Shown: positions 33,601-48,300, counted from the stretch's first letter. The stretch: DNA of 64,000 nucleotides from Takakia lepidozioides (GCA_030704615.1 CM060733.1:69068001-69132000), one strand, 5' to 3'. Notes: generated from the letters alone by a model not told the origin. Translations and numbers: made by a program.

Positions 33601-36600
33601 CATACACGAGGTGCAGGCTGGTTTTGGGCTTGAGGCCATTGGCATCCAACATGGTCCCTTAGATGAGGTTGCTGCTTTTGCTGCAATTGCACCACCACCT
33701 GTTCATGATCTCAGCCTAAGAGATAAGAAGGCCCTCACCAAAGTCTTATCTGAAATCAAGTTGGGCACAACTCTCTCCTCAGGACAAAAGATGAAAGTAG
33801 AAATGCTTATTGCAAGGAATCTAGATGTTTTCAGTTGTCTACCGGGAGAGTGTCAAGGAACGTGCTATAATCTAAGAAGAAGTCCAGAAAATGCTTAATG
33901 CTGGTGTGATCAAACCTTCAGTATATCCTTGGGCTAGTCCAATTGTCCTGGTTGGTAAGAAAGATGGCACCACCCGCTTCTGTGTTGACTTCAGGAAGCT
34001 GAATGACATCACAAAAAAAGATGCCTACCCTCTACCCAGGATCAATGAAACCTTGGATCAATTGCATGGTGCTACAATTTTCTCCTCTCTTGATCTTGCA
34101 TCTGGCTTTTGGCAAGTTTCTCTTACTGAAGCAGCCAAGGAAAAGACCTCATTTGTGTGTCGCATGGATAAGTACCAATATGAGACCATGCCTTTTGGTT
34201 TGTGCAATGTCACCTCTACTTTCCAACGTCTCTGGACATTGTCTTGGGCAATCTTCGCTGGGAGTGTGCTTTAATTTATGTCGATGATATCAATGTTTAC
34301 TCAGCCAGTTTTGATGCTCACTTAGCTGATCTGCAGCGTGTTTTCAGCAAATTGCGCACTACAGGTCTCAAAGTGAAGCCCAAGAAATGTGAGTTATTCA
34401 TGCCTGAGCTACACTTCCTTGGTCATATTCTGTCCAAAGATGGTTTGCTTCTTGATCCTGCCAAACTTGAGTCTGTTTGGGGCTTTCCTATCCCCAGGGA
34501 TAAACATTGTATCAAATCTTTCCTTGGATTATAGACGCTTCATAAAGAACTTTGTCAAGCTTGCTCACCCTCTGACCAAGGTGCTATGCAAAGATGTCAG
34601 GTTTGAATGGACCTTCTCCCAGCAGGCTGCCTTTGACACCCTTCGCAAGGTTTTGTGTTCAGCTCTCATCCTGATGTTTCCCAACTTTGAGTTACCTTTC
34701 TTGCCCCAGACTTATGCATCTGATGTTGCCATCTCTGCAATCTTATGTCAAGTAGTAGAAGGCAAGGAGCATGTCATAGCTTATGCATCTCGTCGTCTTG
34801 ATTGTCATGAAATGAATTATTCCATATCTGATAAGGAGGGTCTAGCCCTGGTCTTGGGTGTGAAGCATTTTCGGCAATATTTACATGGCAGCCGGTTTGT
34901 GGTAGAGACTGATCATCTTCCACTAAAGGCTCTTGTTAAGCCTAAGGAACTTCATGGCAGACTTGCTAGATGGGCTATGTACCTGCAGGAATTTGACATG
35001 GATATAGTCTACAAGAAAGGCAAGGAAAACACGAATGCTGATGCACTCACACGGGTTGATCCTCCTACCAGCAGGCCTATGCTCAACTTGGATGACCTGG
35101 TTACTGCTGATGCTACCCCTCCTCCTGATCCTGCCTCTCTTCTCAACCTTCTTTGTGCAAATCAAGAACCCTTAGCCCTGGATTCACATGACATGTTGTA
35201 TGTCTGGGGCTGGTCCAGCCTATTGGATGATCCTGGTTGACTTATTCGTGTGTTAGTATGTGTGGTGGATCTATCGCTTCGTGAGAATTCGGATAAGTTT
35301 GGTGGAAGTTCCTTGTTGTGTTTCAGTCCTTCTCTCTCTTAGGCCCCCGAGTTTGTTGTGATTCAGCTGCTGCACTCCGGTGTGACTATTGGCTTGAGCC
35401 TCAAGGCCTGATTTGGCTGTCCATGAGTAGTAACAAATGAGGTGAAGGTATCCCTGGCTGGAGATCATAGGTGTAGGCACTCCAGACCATCTTCTCTAAA
35501 ACCCATTGTCTACCTCTTATGTGCAGTGAAGTCATGGATGATCAACTACATGCTACGCTACTCCAACGATGCCAATCAGGATGTTCGCCAGCTGGCCTTT
35601 CCGAGTCCTTGCGTAAACAAATTCTCTATCATGTGTCTACTCACCGTTTTATGGGTGATAAGCTTTTCAATGAGCTCACTCAAGGGGGAGTGCTATGCTA
35701 CTTGGAGGTGTCACCACGGAGCCAGCTGAATGCTTTATTGGAGCATTTCCATTGTTCCTTGTATACAGGTCACCTTGGTATCAAGAAAACTGTGGCCCGC
35801 ATCCAAGAGGTATATTATGGCTGGGAATTCACCGAGACGTCACCGAGTTCATCTCTAAATGTGAAGGTTGTCGTGCTAACATTGCTCTCCCTAGGGCCCG
35901 GATCTTGTATGAGCTGCAGCCTTTGCCTATCACCCATGCTTTTGCTCGTGTTGGCATTGACTTAGTAGGACCCCTCGCACTCACATCAAAGGGTCGAAGC
36001 TACCTTTGTGTTGCTACCGGCTACTTGACTAAGTGGGTAGAAGTCCGGCCTTTGTGTTCCAAGGCTAGTGATGTTGTAGCTCAGTTCTTCTTCAATGAGA
36101 TCCTTATGCGGCATGGGTGTCCTCGGGAGATACTAACGGATCAGGTCAAGGAGTTTTGTAACCAGCTCCTCATGGTGGTTTGCTTCAACTTCGGTATCAA
36201 GCATTCCACCACCGCCCCATATCATCCCCAAACCAATGGCCTTACGGAACGCTTCAACCAAACTCTTTGCCGCATGTTGGAGAAGAATGGCGCACTTACC
36301 AGGGAGTGGGATACCTTTCTTCCCCCTATTCTCTTTGCTTATCGCACCGCCGTGCATGCTAGCACCAAGAAGACTCCTTTTGAGTTGTTGTATGGTCGCA
36401 AGTGTGTTTCTCCTTTGCATTCTACCCCTCTTATCTCTACTGTTGCTGATCCGGTTGATCTTGAGACCTTTGTTGAAGATCTTCATGCTCGCCATGCGGT
36501 GTCTATCCATGATGCCAAGACGAACATTGATAAGGCTCAACTAACCCAAGCCCATTATTTTAACAAGCGTGTCAAGTATTCTAACATGATTACAACATGG

Positions 36601-37115
36601 TAAGCATGCATGCAAATCTAAGCTCAAGATCAACGGTCCATACTTGATCTATCATTTTACGTGGGCGACGTGCTCTTATTCTTCCCCAAGGCTCTAACAC
36701 TGAAGTGCGGGATGAATCTGTTTCCTTGATGGACTTGGTGCACTTCGAACTAGTTTTTGATCTCACGTGTATCAATGTGGAGGGGCGCACGGTGGGGTGA
36801 TGTCTTGATCTTCTTAGCGATCTACTTTAGCTTACTTCCCTTCTCTTCTCAGCGGCTTAGTCTTAGTTTGCGGCTGATGCCTCTTGGGGTCCTCGGACTT
36901 GGCCTCTCCAGGACTTTGAACATTTTATGACATCTCACCATTTGTACTCCCTACACGGTTTTCCTAGCCAGGGGTTTTGTCCTCGGCCCAACTTGCAGGT
37001 GCCAGGTTTTTCCTTGGTAGGTTTTTCACCCAGCAGTGGAGGGTGATATTTTCCCATTATTATTTGTTTTCCTTCACGGAGCTCAGGATTTTTCGTGGGG
37101 GGTAGGCTTCACAGA

Positions 37116-37570
37116 TGTAAAGCCCCATACTTGCCCGTTTCATCCAAAACGGCGATACACATCCATAATATAATTTTTTGGCGTATAAAGCCGTTAATCC
37201 GTTACAATGATGTCTAGGTTAGGGTTAGTTTAGGCCGGTGGCTTGATCCTGGCCCTTCATCAGATCTAGGGCTACAAGGCAGCGTTGTGGGCTCTGGCCT
37301 ATGATACCTCGCCACACGGCAGGCCACCATGGTTAGGGCTTTTGTATAAAGACGGCGCCCTGACACAAGGTCAGGGCGGTGTATTCAGGTGTTAGTGTAT
37401 ATATGATTTGGGTGTACAAACTTTGGATGAGAGCTCTTGTGTGTGTCAGATCCACTCGCTTGATCCCCCTCTCGCGCATTGCCTGCTCTTTCGCTTGCCC
37501 CCCTTGTTGTGAAAACACGTTTCTTGAGAGGAAGGGAGTATATGCTTCAGGCTCGTTTTGAGGCTTCACA
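37116..37570 (+). repeat. LTR (455 bp)
   Basis: Starts TGTAAAGCC and ends GGCTTCACA (short terminal inverted repeat); a G-rich PPT-like tract lies just upstream. Confidence 0.65.
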
Positions 37571-37574
37571 AGAG

Positions 37575-38887
37575 ACTATTTCGAGGCCAACATACGATTA
37601 AGGATCCTATGCGTTTGTGGCACATGGATTGTAAGTTTTTTGGTCCCTTACGCGTCTTATGTAAAGTAAGTTGCTTATTGAACTTGCATGTTCCAACTTT
37701 GGGTAGCTCAGTGTATCAAAAAAGAATTGAAAGTTCAAACCTTGGACTCACCAATTTATTGGTTGGGACTGGGTCAGCATACGACAAGTTGTGCAAATGG
37801 GGGTTTCGGCTGCATGGTGGGATAGATGGAGCCACCCACTTTGTTCTTTGGCTTCAGGTGGCTCTGTGGTAGAAGCAAGAAACATTGTACGCAGGTTATG
37901 CAGAGGCTATTCGTAAGTATGGACACCCAATACGGATAAGGTCTGATTTTGCAAAGGAGCACGCACTCGTTCATGCTGATATTGAACAAGCACAACATGA
38001 GGTGCATCGGCCCTTTTTGAAAGGTTCTTCTGTACACAACCAACGTATTGAGCATTTTTGGAGGCAAGTATGGACACATGGGGCATTCTTTTACAAACAC
38101 TTGTTTGAGGCCATGGAGAGAGAAGGCAATTTAAATACAGACAACCAATGGCATATGAGCTCTCTTACAACAATGTTTCTACCGATGATTGAAGGCGATA
38201 TAGAGCTACTCGTTTTGTGGTGGAATTACCACAAGGTGAGGAAGATCACACAAAACGGGAGGGATTTGACTTCACATGTTCCAGCGGTGGTTTTTCAAGC
38301 TGAGGAACGCGAGCAAGGGTAAGCCTCGTTGGTAACTGGCAAGGTTATGTTTCACATTTTAAAAGATAGGATGTGTGTGCTTTGATCATTTGTCATGATT
38401 TCTCATAAGTTGCAATTGTTGTGCTTGTAGGTTAGTACGGCCACTTGTATACAATCCCAACGAGGATATTCATGGTGTTGTTGGTCTTCTTGATCATGTG
38501 CAACCTCCTATGGAAGATGAAGCTGAAGAAGATGAAGGCTATGTCCGAGACCATGATCCGTTGTTGGCAATTGCTCAGGTTGGGTTCTTTTCCTGCATCT
38601 CTAATTCTCCATTTGATAAATCAGCTAGTACCAATGACTTACCAACTTCAATTGTTTGAAAGCAGGAAGCAGCTTCACTTCGTGATAGAGCATATGAAGC
38701 TGCAATGGAACACATGAAAGAGTTGGAACGACGGTATTTGCTACATTTGACGTTAATGATGGAGTGTAGAGCGGCATCAGTATTTGATGAGGGGATACGT
38801 GCTTACTTGGAGGGTATTGGAGAAGAGGCAACTGCAGAGAGACAAGTGGCTGCTCGTCTTTTATTGGAGGCAATGGTAGATCCGTAG
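37575..38887 (+). pseudogene. Integrase-core (IS3EU/IS481-like) DDE transposase with introns, 5' truncated
   Basis: LWHMD|SYDKLCKWGFRLHGGIDGATHFVLWL (intron 37631-37777), GHPIRIRSDFAKE, GSSVHNQRIEHFWR, WWNYHKVR. Confidence 0.8.
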
Positions 38888-38999
38888 TTGACATTGTTGG
38901 GTATCTAAAGCTATGTAGCAAATCCCAGGAAGGGACAATTCATGACCACATGACATTCTGGGGTGCCTGAGAGGGCTCAAACCAAGAGGGCAACAAAAA

Positions 39000-41900
39000 C
39001 ACAAGGTTAAAATTCAACTATTCATATTGTGGCAGCAACTGGTTCACCATCAGTACTGGTGGCTTTATTGGAAATGGATTGCTATCAACAAATTTGATTC
39101 TACCTTCCAAACAGCCTTGTTCCAACCATTCTAAAGTGGTAAGCATCCTCCATTTTCTGCCCACAAGTTGGGGAACATGGGTTCTATTTTACAATGCAGA
39201 AGTGACCAATCCCCCTTGGAGGTAGGAAAGCTAGTTCCCTATCTGGGCTGTGCCCAAGTGCCTAAAGTCATAGAGGCATTCCAGGAGTCGACTGTTCTGT
39301 CAAAGGCTGTTCTGTCAAAGGCATGCCCCCAAGACACCAATAACCTCAGAAATGAAGAGGCCCAGGAAAATTTGCCTTGAAACCAGTTAAAAACAAATCA
39401 AACTTCTTCATTAGAAGCTCCTATGGTGAGATTTCCCTTGCAGCGAAAAGAGAGAGTGTCAAACCTACACGCTAACAAGGAATGGCATGCAAGTCCTAGA
39501 AACTAGAAATACACAGTAAATGAGGTGGGTGTAGTGAAGCTATTTACCACAGCACTGCTTTGAGAGGTTGTCGTGTTTCCAGATTCCATTACATTTGCAT
39601 GTTCATTAGCCATCTGTCATGCCCGAGTCATCAGACAACACTCCCTTACATGTACTCTCACTGACAAGACCTCATTGGCCACTTACTATCTATTAGGAAA
39701 GTTGTAGCAATGGTTACTCACCCTCATTAGTCAACTCTGTGCAAAACTGGGTTAAGCTTAGAATGGAAGGAAGTTTGTTGGTCCAAGCTTATTTTCACTA
39801 AAGACCTTTGCTTTGACAAGTTCCCCTTACTACTGCTGTTTGTCTTGGGACGTAAGTCTGCAGTGCCCAATTCTACAGAATATCGCATCAATTGGCAATG
39901 ATGAACATTAAGTGGGTGGTTCAAACAACTTCACAAATCTTTACACTGAAATCATAACAAACGACACACAATGGCTAGTCAAATGAGATCATGGTACATC
40001 ACTAGACAGTAGCAGATTGTTTCCATAGTGATGCATCACAATACCAAAGGCTGTATGTATATCTCTTTGCAAAATAAAACATACAGCCTGACTTAAAGCG
40101 CCAACTGATCAAATGGGAGTTTAACTCACTCCCTGAGCTCATGGCCAGGACCCACTATCTGAGGTATGACAACAGGATAACCTGATTAAGCTTACAGTAA
40201 AGAAAACTGAAGAACTACAAAGATAACCCCGATCAATATGTTTCAATTTTGACTTGTTAACTTAACCTCAACTGGTGCCTGTAATAAATCCCTGGAAGCA
40301 TGGAAGTCTGAATTTCTGCTAGCCAAAGGGTAGTCCATTTTATTGATCTGCTAAAGGTATGATTGATGATAATAGTACTCTGTTAAGAACAACACTGAAG
40401 GGCTTAAGGTTTAAATTTGCTTACTCTATTGAGAGGAGGACCCCCAAGAGAGGGAATGCCCTGGTGTAAAATGTACTCCGCATCAATCACTCCCACTTTT
40501 TCACTGCGCTTACCCTGGTGTCATAAGACAAGATCCTTCAGCGCCAACTTTGCCCAAAAAGTCGTATGGGACGCTACAGTGACCTGGCTCTCTAGAGGGG
40601 CACTTGTTTCTTGGGAATGAATTGGACACCGAAAGCCTGCAATTTGCTGCCTTCCTAGCCAAATGATTTCCCCAGGGAACATGAGTCATCAAGCACATAT
40701 CCCATCCCACAGCACCCACTGGTCCCCATCAGTGCTAGGTAGCTGAGGGTCTGAAATTCCAGCCATTATGGGTGCAGGGCAGCAGGTCAGAAACTTTTCA
40801 ACAGAGAGCCCTTGCCCAGAGGATCTGAAGTGGCCAAGCCCGGAGGTAGGTCTGCACGGAAACCAGTGGTATTACTCAAGTTCTTCGGATTTTCAAAGAT
40901 ATTTCACTAGTAAACTACGTATGCCAAAAGCCAAGGCAGGTGGAGAAAACTACTTCTCCACCATCCCCATATGAAGGTCCAATTGCCTTCAGTGCACAAA
41001 GGGGAAGTTACCTGGACACAGTAGCCAAGCTTGAAGTCCATGCCCCAGCCATGAATGAGATCATTCTAATTTTTGATCAGCCCACAAGCGAAACAACCAC
41101 AGGATCCCTAAAGTATAAAACATAACCCTCAAGAAGATGGCTGCAAACTAGAATTCACATGATGGAGGTGGTTTTTACTGTTTAACAGTGTATGCCACCA
41201 GAGATGTACTACTGCACAGTGAAAGCAGACAGACACCTGTTGTCACTGTCTAGACAGTGGCTTTCGAATTTAGGTTCATTTTGCCTCTTGACACCTCCTC
41301 TTTCTGTGGGTCCCACCTTTTTCTCTCTCTGCCTGTTGCTTTCAGATATAGAGGCAAATCTGACAAAATCTTACATCGACTGCACACTCTCTTGGTACAG
41401 ATTCGATCTATGCTTGAAGCAAATTCGATGAGTAAAACATCAGAACTTGTCAGCAAAAGAGGCATCATTTGTAGAAGGCATCCAACTTGTTTCCTTCCTT
41501 GAGCGCTGTATATTTATGTATTATCATTGTGGAGTACCATTATCTGATGAAAGATTGACTCACTGTATCATGTGTACCTGGATCATGTACCAAGCACTCT
41601 GCCAGGCGGACTTAGTAAAAACTTGTGCCATTACCTCCACCCACCTGCACATTGCATGACTTCCCACTTTAGATGAGCAGGAGGAAAGAAGAGAGGGGAT
41701 GGAGAGGCAAAAAAGAGAAATGTATGGGATCACCTAACCTGTACAGGGGGGGGCAGTACTATCTGTACACCACCATGTGCCCCGAAACTTGTAAAACCAT
41801 CTGTTTCAAACCAATCAGCAGACAATGCAGCAATCGCACAGTAAGAAGTTTGCCACCGAGAAGTTCTCACTTTTCAGACATTGTTTTGATCAGACAAAAA

Positions 41901-42307
41901 GAAGGGGGGTGGACGGAACACACACCCCAGACTGACCGCCCTCCAGATTTCATCAAATGCAGGACCTCCCATACAACCAAACAAATCAGACGCATACAAG
42001 AAGCGACAGAGTAGAGCAACACAATTGGCTTACAAACACCTGAGCCACCCGAGCCAACCAACCCAAACGTTGGCATATCTGAAGAATTTTGGATGCAAAA
42101 GACCAATCAACGGACTTGCCTGTGCACTCTTGCTCTTTGTATTGCGAACTGTGATGCGGTGATGAATATCGGGCGAAGCACACGAGCAGGCTGTGGAATG
42201 TCTAGTCCTTCCTCCTCCATGATTTCCAGATACCTGTCGACCTCAATATATTGCATCAGTAAGGGGATTGGTAAGCCCCATTGTCTCGGGTGATTTACTT
42301 GGAACAA
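39000..42307 (-). pseudogene. Degraded multi-exon coding-like region of unknown product, convergent with the integrase-core gene
   Basis: Minus-strand frames that are open apart from CGA>TGA-type stops and end at GT donors (e.g. QWVLWDGICA**LMFPGEIIWLGRQQ.. ~40510-40800; 41240-41510; 42107-42307). Confidence 0.35.
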
Positions 42308-43371
42308 TCAAAACACCATTTTAACCCTTAAGTTCCCAAGCGACCTGAATCGGGTCACTTTGAATTTGAGGTTCGACCTAATTTTTGCAGATCTAATCTG
42401 ATGGGGCCCACTCCTGAAGCTTTAATGACAAGGGATTTGTCTCGAGTATGATGCAAAAAAACAAAACTAAAAAAAAACAAAAGCTGCGACCTACAAAAAA
42501 TTATCTTAGATCTCTCATTTACGTTTTGGGCCTGAAAAGGGCTTGTTGACCGCTGACGTGGTAGGTAAACAAGCCCAAAACAGATTGCACTCCAAAGGCC
42601 ATTTTTGGCAGAAAATTAGCAATTTTGGAAAAAGCACTTCACCATGTGGTGTGTGAGCATTACATACACACATCCACCATTGGCTTTTAAAAAATTTGTA
42701 GAAAAAAAAGTACTTCATTTGGAGGCACATTTTCTCTTGTCAATTTTGAGATTTCAACCCCCATGTAATTGCATGCAAAGCAACCATAGGTGAAAAAATC
42801 TGTTGGACCTGCAATTTAGTGGGGTCATAGCCACTTGATTTGGAAATGGTGGGTCTTGGGGCAAGCAAAATTGGATAAAGCTAGGTTTTGATTTGGTCAA
42901 ACCAATTTCTTTCTCACTTTTTCTTTGGGACCTTATATTTGAGGTCCGGGCCAACGTTATAATCTCACAATTTCCACAGTGGACTTGGCTCATTTTTTGG
43001 TATGTCATGCATAAATGAGCTCCGCCCACTACTATAAGGCTGGAATCTCTGGATGATTTTTGGTAGGTTTCTAGGGGCAAAAGTCAAAAAAGGGCTTGGG
43101 AACCTAAGGGTTAAGTAAATATGGACAAATAAGTAACACTGTTTTAAGTAAATATGGACAAAAGGATGAAATCTGGACATCTGTTAAATAATTGTAAATA
43201 ATTAATAAATATGGAAAAAAAAACTATATTCAATATTAACAATGCATTAAAGCTTATAATTTTGGATTTTCCCGGATTGGTCCGAAAAGTAGCATCGTCC
43301 TTTGCAAAATAAATGACAAGCAAGACACCTATGTTGAATTTGAGGAGAATCTGATCGCTAATGAGTATATT

Positions 43372-44559
43372 CACGGAGGGGAGACCTCCCGTGCACTCGA
43401 TAGGTAGTTTACGCGAAACGAATCATTCGATTACTACATGTCAATGGTGAGAGAAGATGATAGGAGCTTTCCCGTGAAAACGTAGCAAATGCATGTCAAT
43501 ATCATATAGGAAACAATGTAAGAGCTTTAAAACCACAATGGGTCGTGACTCAAAATTATTGGTAGCAACATTGGAATAATGTTTTTGAATTATTGAAACT
43601 TAAGGGATAGAAAAATCTTTGTCACATTGAGGACAAGAAATAACAAACGAAATGCATTGAACCGACAAATACAAGGTCAGATACCATGTCAAATACAATT
43701 TCAAGTACAATGTCAGCTTGCTGCAGGTGCTTTGAGATCTCCCCCCACCAGGGGAAATCTCCTCTGCTCAATACGAGAACCGTCGAGCCGTCAAATCAAA
43801 AGAAAATAAGATCTAGAAACATTCACATGAACTGGTCATCTAGAAATTAAAACTGTAAGGTAAGACAATAGTTATTTGTCACCCTCCGAATACCAAATAA
43901 GAATCCAGGAAATGCCGAATAGACGTCGAGACATAGAAGGGGAGACCTCCCGTGCTACAACTGAAATCAATAGCACAATCGCGAAAATGCAATTTAGAAC
44001 GTCGGCGTCATAAGGCGCCACCGTTAAAATCGGAGTAGTGAACGACATTCCGCAAGGGAAGATATGAAGGTTTTGGACCAGACAAAATCCTCATCATCTT
44101 CACAAAATGAAATTTTTTGCAAATCCTTACTATATTCGACAATGAGCTCCAACAAAAATATAATAATCATGATCGGAAATAGTCAAGTCACTGTAGCATG
44201 GGACATCTCCCGAGCACTATGTGTAAGGGAGAAAACCATCAACCACCATGGGAAATCGGCAGTCCGACATACGAAATGCGTGGAACCGTCAGACAGAAAC
44301 AAATAAAAATGTACAACCATTCACATCCACTGGCCATTCAAACATTCAAAATTTTGGAGATCAGAACAAAAGTTGTTTGTCCGCAGATAAAAAACAAATC
44401 CAGTAAATAATATTAAAAAAACACCGTGACATACCACGGGAGACCTCCCGTGTTACACCTGAAAATCAGTAACAACATCGCGAGGATACAGTTTACAAAG
44501 TCAGATTAAGAAAGGGCCGCCGACGTACATTCCGCTAGGAAAGAAAATACAATGTTCGG
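43372..44559. mobile_element. Left part of an unclassified host repeat (element C), marked by the palindrome CACGGGAGAYCTCCCGTG
   Basis: Motif at ~43378, 43939, 44199 and 44435; it reappears after element B at 62441, 63086 and 63257. Confidence 0.6.
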
Positions 44560-44599
44560 GAGGGAAGCTAGCGCGTGAGCGCACTCACGCTTAGCGGAC

Positions 44600-44990
44600 T
44601 AAGCCTGAGCAGACTTCGTTAAGGGTGAGCAGATTTCCTAAGTGTGAGCAGATTTCCTAAGTGTGAGCACATTTCTTAAGCGTGAGCATAGAATGAAAGT
44701 GGAGCCTATAGCCGTGGGAAAAGCAGAACCTTTTGCCGTGGGAAAAGCAGAACCTTTTGCCGTGGGGACGACGTTTATGGTTTATGGGGGCAACATACGC
44801 AAGACATGAATGGAAATTTGAGAGTAATGCAAGACAAAATCCGTACGGATGAATGGGTTTGTGGAATGGATGAATGTAGGATGAATATAGGATGAATGTT
44901 GGATGAATGTTGGATGGTTACAGGATGAATGTAGGATGAATGATGGGACGTCAAAATACAGATGAATATACAATGGATGAGACCAATGAC
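44600..44990. repeat. Left subterminal repeats of element B (GTGAGCAGATTTCCTAAGT, GCCGTGGGAAAAGCAGAACCTTTT and GGATGAATG tracts)
   Basis: Visible short tandem units, mirrored by GCTCAC and CATCC tracts at 61960-62315. Confidence 0.8.
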
Positions 44991-45331
44991 ATCTTGGTTG
45001 AAAGAACTCGAACGATTTTCGACGTTCACGTATCTTGTGTTCAAAACAGTATACATGTCGTATAAACAATGCCAGTAGTGAAGGTCCATGTAAGACTGGG
45101 GTATATTTAGAACGCACGGTCGAATTTAGAAAGTGTACAAAGTGTAGAAAGTGTACAAAGCATTGCCATTCATTTGATCATGACGTGGGGTAGGAGATGG
45201 CTTCTGAGTCAAGATAGTGCTGCCATCAAACAGCCTGAAGCTTTTTCCATACAAAGGCGCGACTTTGTCATCTGTCACCGGACGACACAAAAAAGCAGCC
45301 CAGACTTTGCAAGGTCATGCTCGAGAACATC

Positions 45332-48300
45332 TCAAACTCGTGCAGTACTATCTCGCTCAAGTAGTGTCATAACATCAGCTGGCCCTATCGTACATTGGTG
45401 AATGTATGTGTCTCTTTTTGGATCACAAAACATCCTCTGAATGTACATGTAGTACAAATGTTTGCATGGCACAAATTTACCTCTCTTTCCTAGAGAACTA
45501 GAGATTGTGTTTTTGAAGTCTGGGCAAGTGCAATCCGGGAAATTGGAAACTGTTACCTCGTACGCCCTGTTGTGAAGAACAGATCCCATCGTCACCATAC
45601 TATACACCCGTCCGTAGCCTGGTGGGGGAACATCGACAACGTGGGTGATCCGACACTGAAGGGTTTTCGTTGATTCAATCTTGCACTCGTGCTTTGCACC
45701 TGCCTCAACCCGCCGGACCACCTTTCCGTTTCTTTTCGTAGGCCAATCGTTGCCAAGTGGATGGCGCACAGGAAACGGGGAAGGGAAATCATGCGAAGAA
45801 TTAACCGTCATGACAGTTGGTCCTCTTGGGAGCCGAAATCCTGCATCTTCCATCATGTCAATTTCCTGAGTAGATAGTGTAGTTCCCATCTTAACTGGCC
45901 AAACGTTTGGGATTTGAGGTTTGCTTATCACCGAATCACAGACAGTTCCCATCACGCAACGTTTCATGTCATCAGGACAAAATCAAAACTTGTGAAGCCT
46001 GGCCTCCCGCGCACTATAATGCTTGAACAACCCTGTGAAAGTTGGGGCTGGAGTCCCTGTTGGGGCTCTTCAAATCATAGATGTGCACTTCACAAAGGAC
46101 GTTGCCCTGATAGCGGAACATTTCACCTTTGAGCCTTACGGAGTTCGTTCTATGTGCCACAGCGCGTCTGCACAATCAGACTCCTGGATGGGCAGCAGGT
46201 TCACCCCTTCTTCCCGTGTAGTTGTAGTTGTCGACTCCGTGAACTCTATCGAGGAAGATTCACCCACAAAGGATGTTGCGTGCACGAAAGTGGGTGGCAC
46301 GGGCACACGTGGCACCGAAAAGTTATCCCTATTATGTCGATGTGAATCCCCGTCCGATCCCGGAGGGGTGTCCAGTTTGCGCTTGCATGAACCGAATCTC
46401 TCCTCACCTTCCAGATGAGGATGTTTGGATTGCAAAGGTGTTCCCATTGTGCATTCGTTTACAACCTTTGTCATTCTAACAGGATTCTTGCATCTGTTTG
46501 CAGCCCTCAACTGCAACTCCGCCCTGTCTGACCCCTTACCAGAACCGCGTCCACGAAGGAAATCCCGGTACCGTGTTTGTTGCGAAGCACTCGGACCATG
46601 TCATCCGAAGTGGCAACGTACAGGTCCCGTCCGTTCTTGCCGGATTGCGCATTCCACACACTATGCACAGTTTCGGATAGATTACAAGAAGACATATCCG
46701 CTATGTCCTCCAGAGACATATTCTGCACACAATATTCTTTCCATTTATTAGTGTACTTCAAAAGCTAATAGCATTGAAGAAAAGACACGTCAACAGGGGT
46801 AACACCGCAAATTGAACTCTTGCAAGCATTGGAAATTTAGAAGGGACCTTACTCTTGTCATGAATCCTCCCCACTGTTTGTATCTGAAGTGCCAGAATCC
46901 CATCTAGTCGTCAAGTTCTTTGAGGCCATCCTGACTTGCTGCATCGGAGGAGTACCACCATGCCCTTATAGTTTGGTATAAGGAGTTTGCTTCGATCTCG
47001 CTTGTCGCATCTTTATACAGCCGACAGAGTCTCATGTGTTCCTCCTGCAACTCTGGTTTTATGCAATTCTTAGTGTGCCTTCGGAGGGACTGAGTCCAAT
47101 GGAACAGGCAAGTGCGCTCCCTGCCCACCATGGTATTTTCGGATCACCACTTCCAAAAACAGACCGGACTGCATTCCAATTTGCCTGCGCGCTATCGGCC
47201 ATAAACCCATGAAAATTTGGATCTGAGACACCATGATTCCTCATGACTTTCACAAGGGACTTCCACATCAGGATTTGAGACTCGGTGTCTTCGGATTGCA
47301 TGTCACACACTGCAATTGTCATAACCCTTTGGTAAGAAGGATCGTACACATGGGCAGCCATGGTTGTCCAGCCCTTCACACGTTTCACATGATTAAACAT
47401 GAGCCAGGATTTCTGGAGATCGCCACCGGGCTGCATTCTGCGGACCAAGCTAACTCCACTTCCCTCCGCAACTGTGAACATCTTGAATAAGAACACTTTC
47501 AATGACCCCTGACCAGGGAAAACATTGTCTTGAATGAAGTCGTACATGCTTCTCCGCTTCAATTCCAGGATGCTATCCACATAACCTGCGCTCCCTGTTC
47601 CCATTCTGAGTGCGTTGATCTGGTTGCGTACATTTGGTGAACTAAGGGTCGAGAAATAGTCCATAACCACGTCCAGTTTCTCGATGTTCTCTTCCGCTCC
47701 TCCAAGAATGTGTTTTTGCAAGAAGCTTTTGCTTGGAGAAAGTGCAATTGCAGATGGCGGTGCATAAGGAGCATTCTCCACCTCGTGCCGTAGAAGTCTC
47801 CGAATTGTTTCAAGACTTTCTCGACAATCCCCTTTCGACACGGGGTGGGTATGATTACCGAGATGAACACAAGCTCGGGTAAGGCCGCGAAAACGATGGA
47901 GCACATAGTACATGCGGGCCTTGCATGTGCCAATGCATGTTCGAGCTGTTTTGCAATATTTGCAGAGCAACGTCGTATTTTTAGGAGGTGGACACCCAAC
48001 CTCGAATGGGTTATCCGCGCAACCCTCCCACTCCGTCTCGTTTGGGGAGCCTCTCAATGCCAGACAATTGCAGGCTTCATTTCCACAACGTAGGTGCCCA
48101 ACACAGACTGATCTACGGAAAGACAAGCCATGAGGGTTATGTATATTGGTTGTCTTAGTTCGACACCAAGGGTGTCCATCGTGCTTCTTGTCCATCCCTT
48201 GCATGAGTCCCCCCAAACCTCCACATGACTTCAGAGGTGGCAGCTCAAAAACCACATCTCCATCAAATTCTGCGGGAAGGTATTTTGCTCTAACAATATT

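Larger units (their letters stand above)
32190..37570 (+). mobile_element. Ty3/gypsy element, 5' truncated and degenerate: CCHC, protease, dUTPase-like domain, RT, RNase H, integrase, probable 3' LTR
   Basis: CYICGSFEHWTKHCP (~32507); VIDTGCTIS; PWASPIVLVGKKDGTTRFCVDFRKLN; YVDD; NADAL; GIDLVGP..YHPQTNGLTERFN. Confidence 0.9.
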
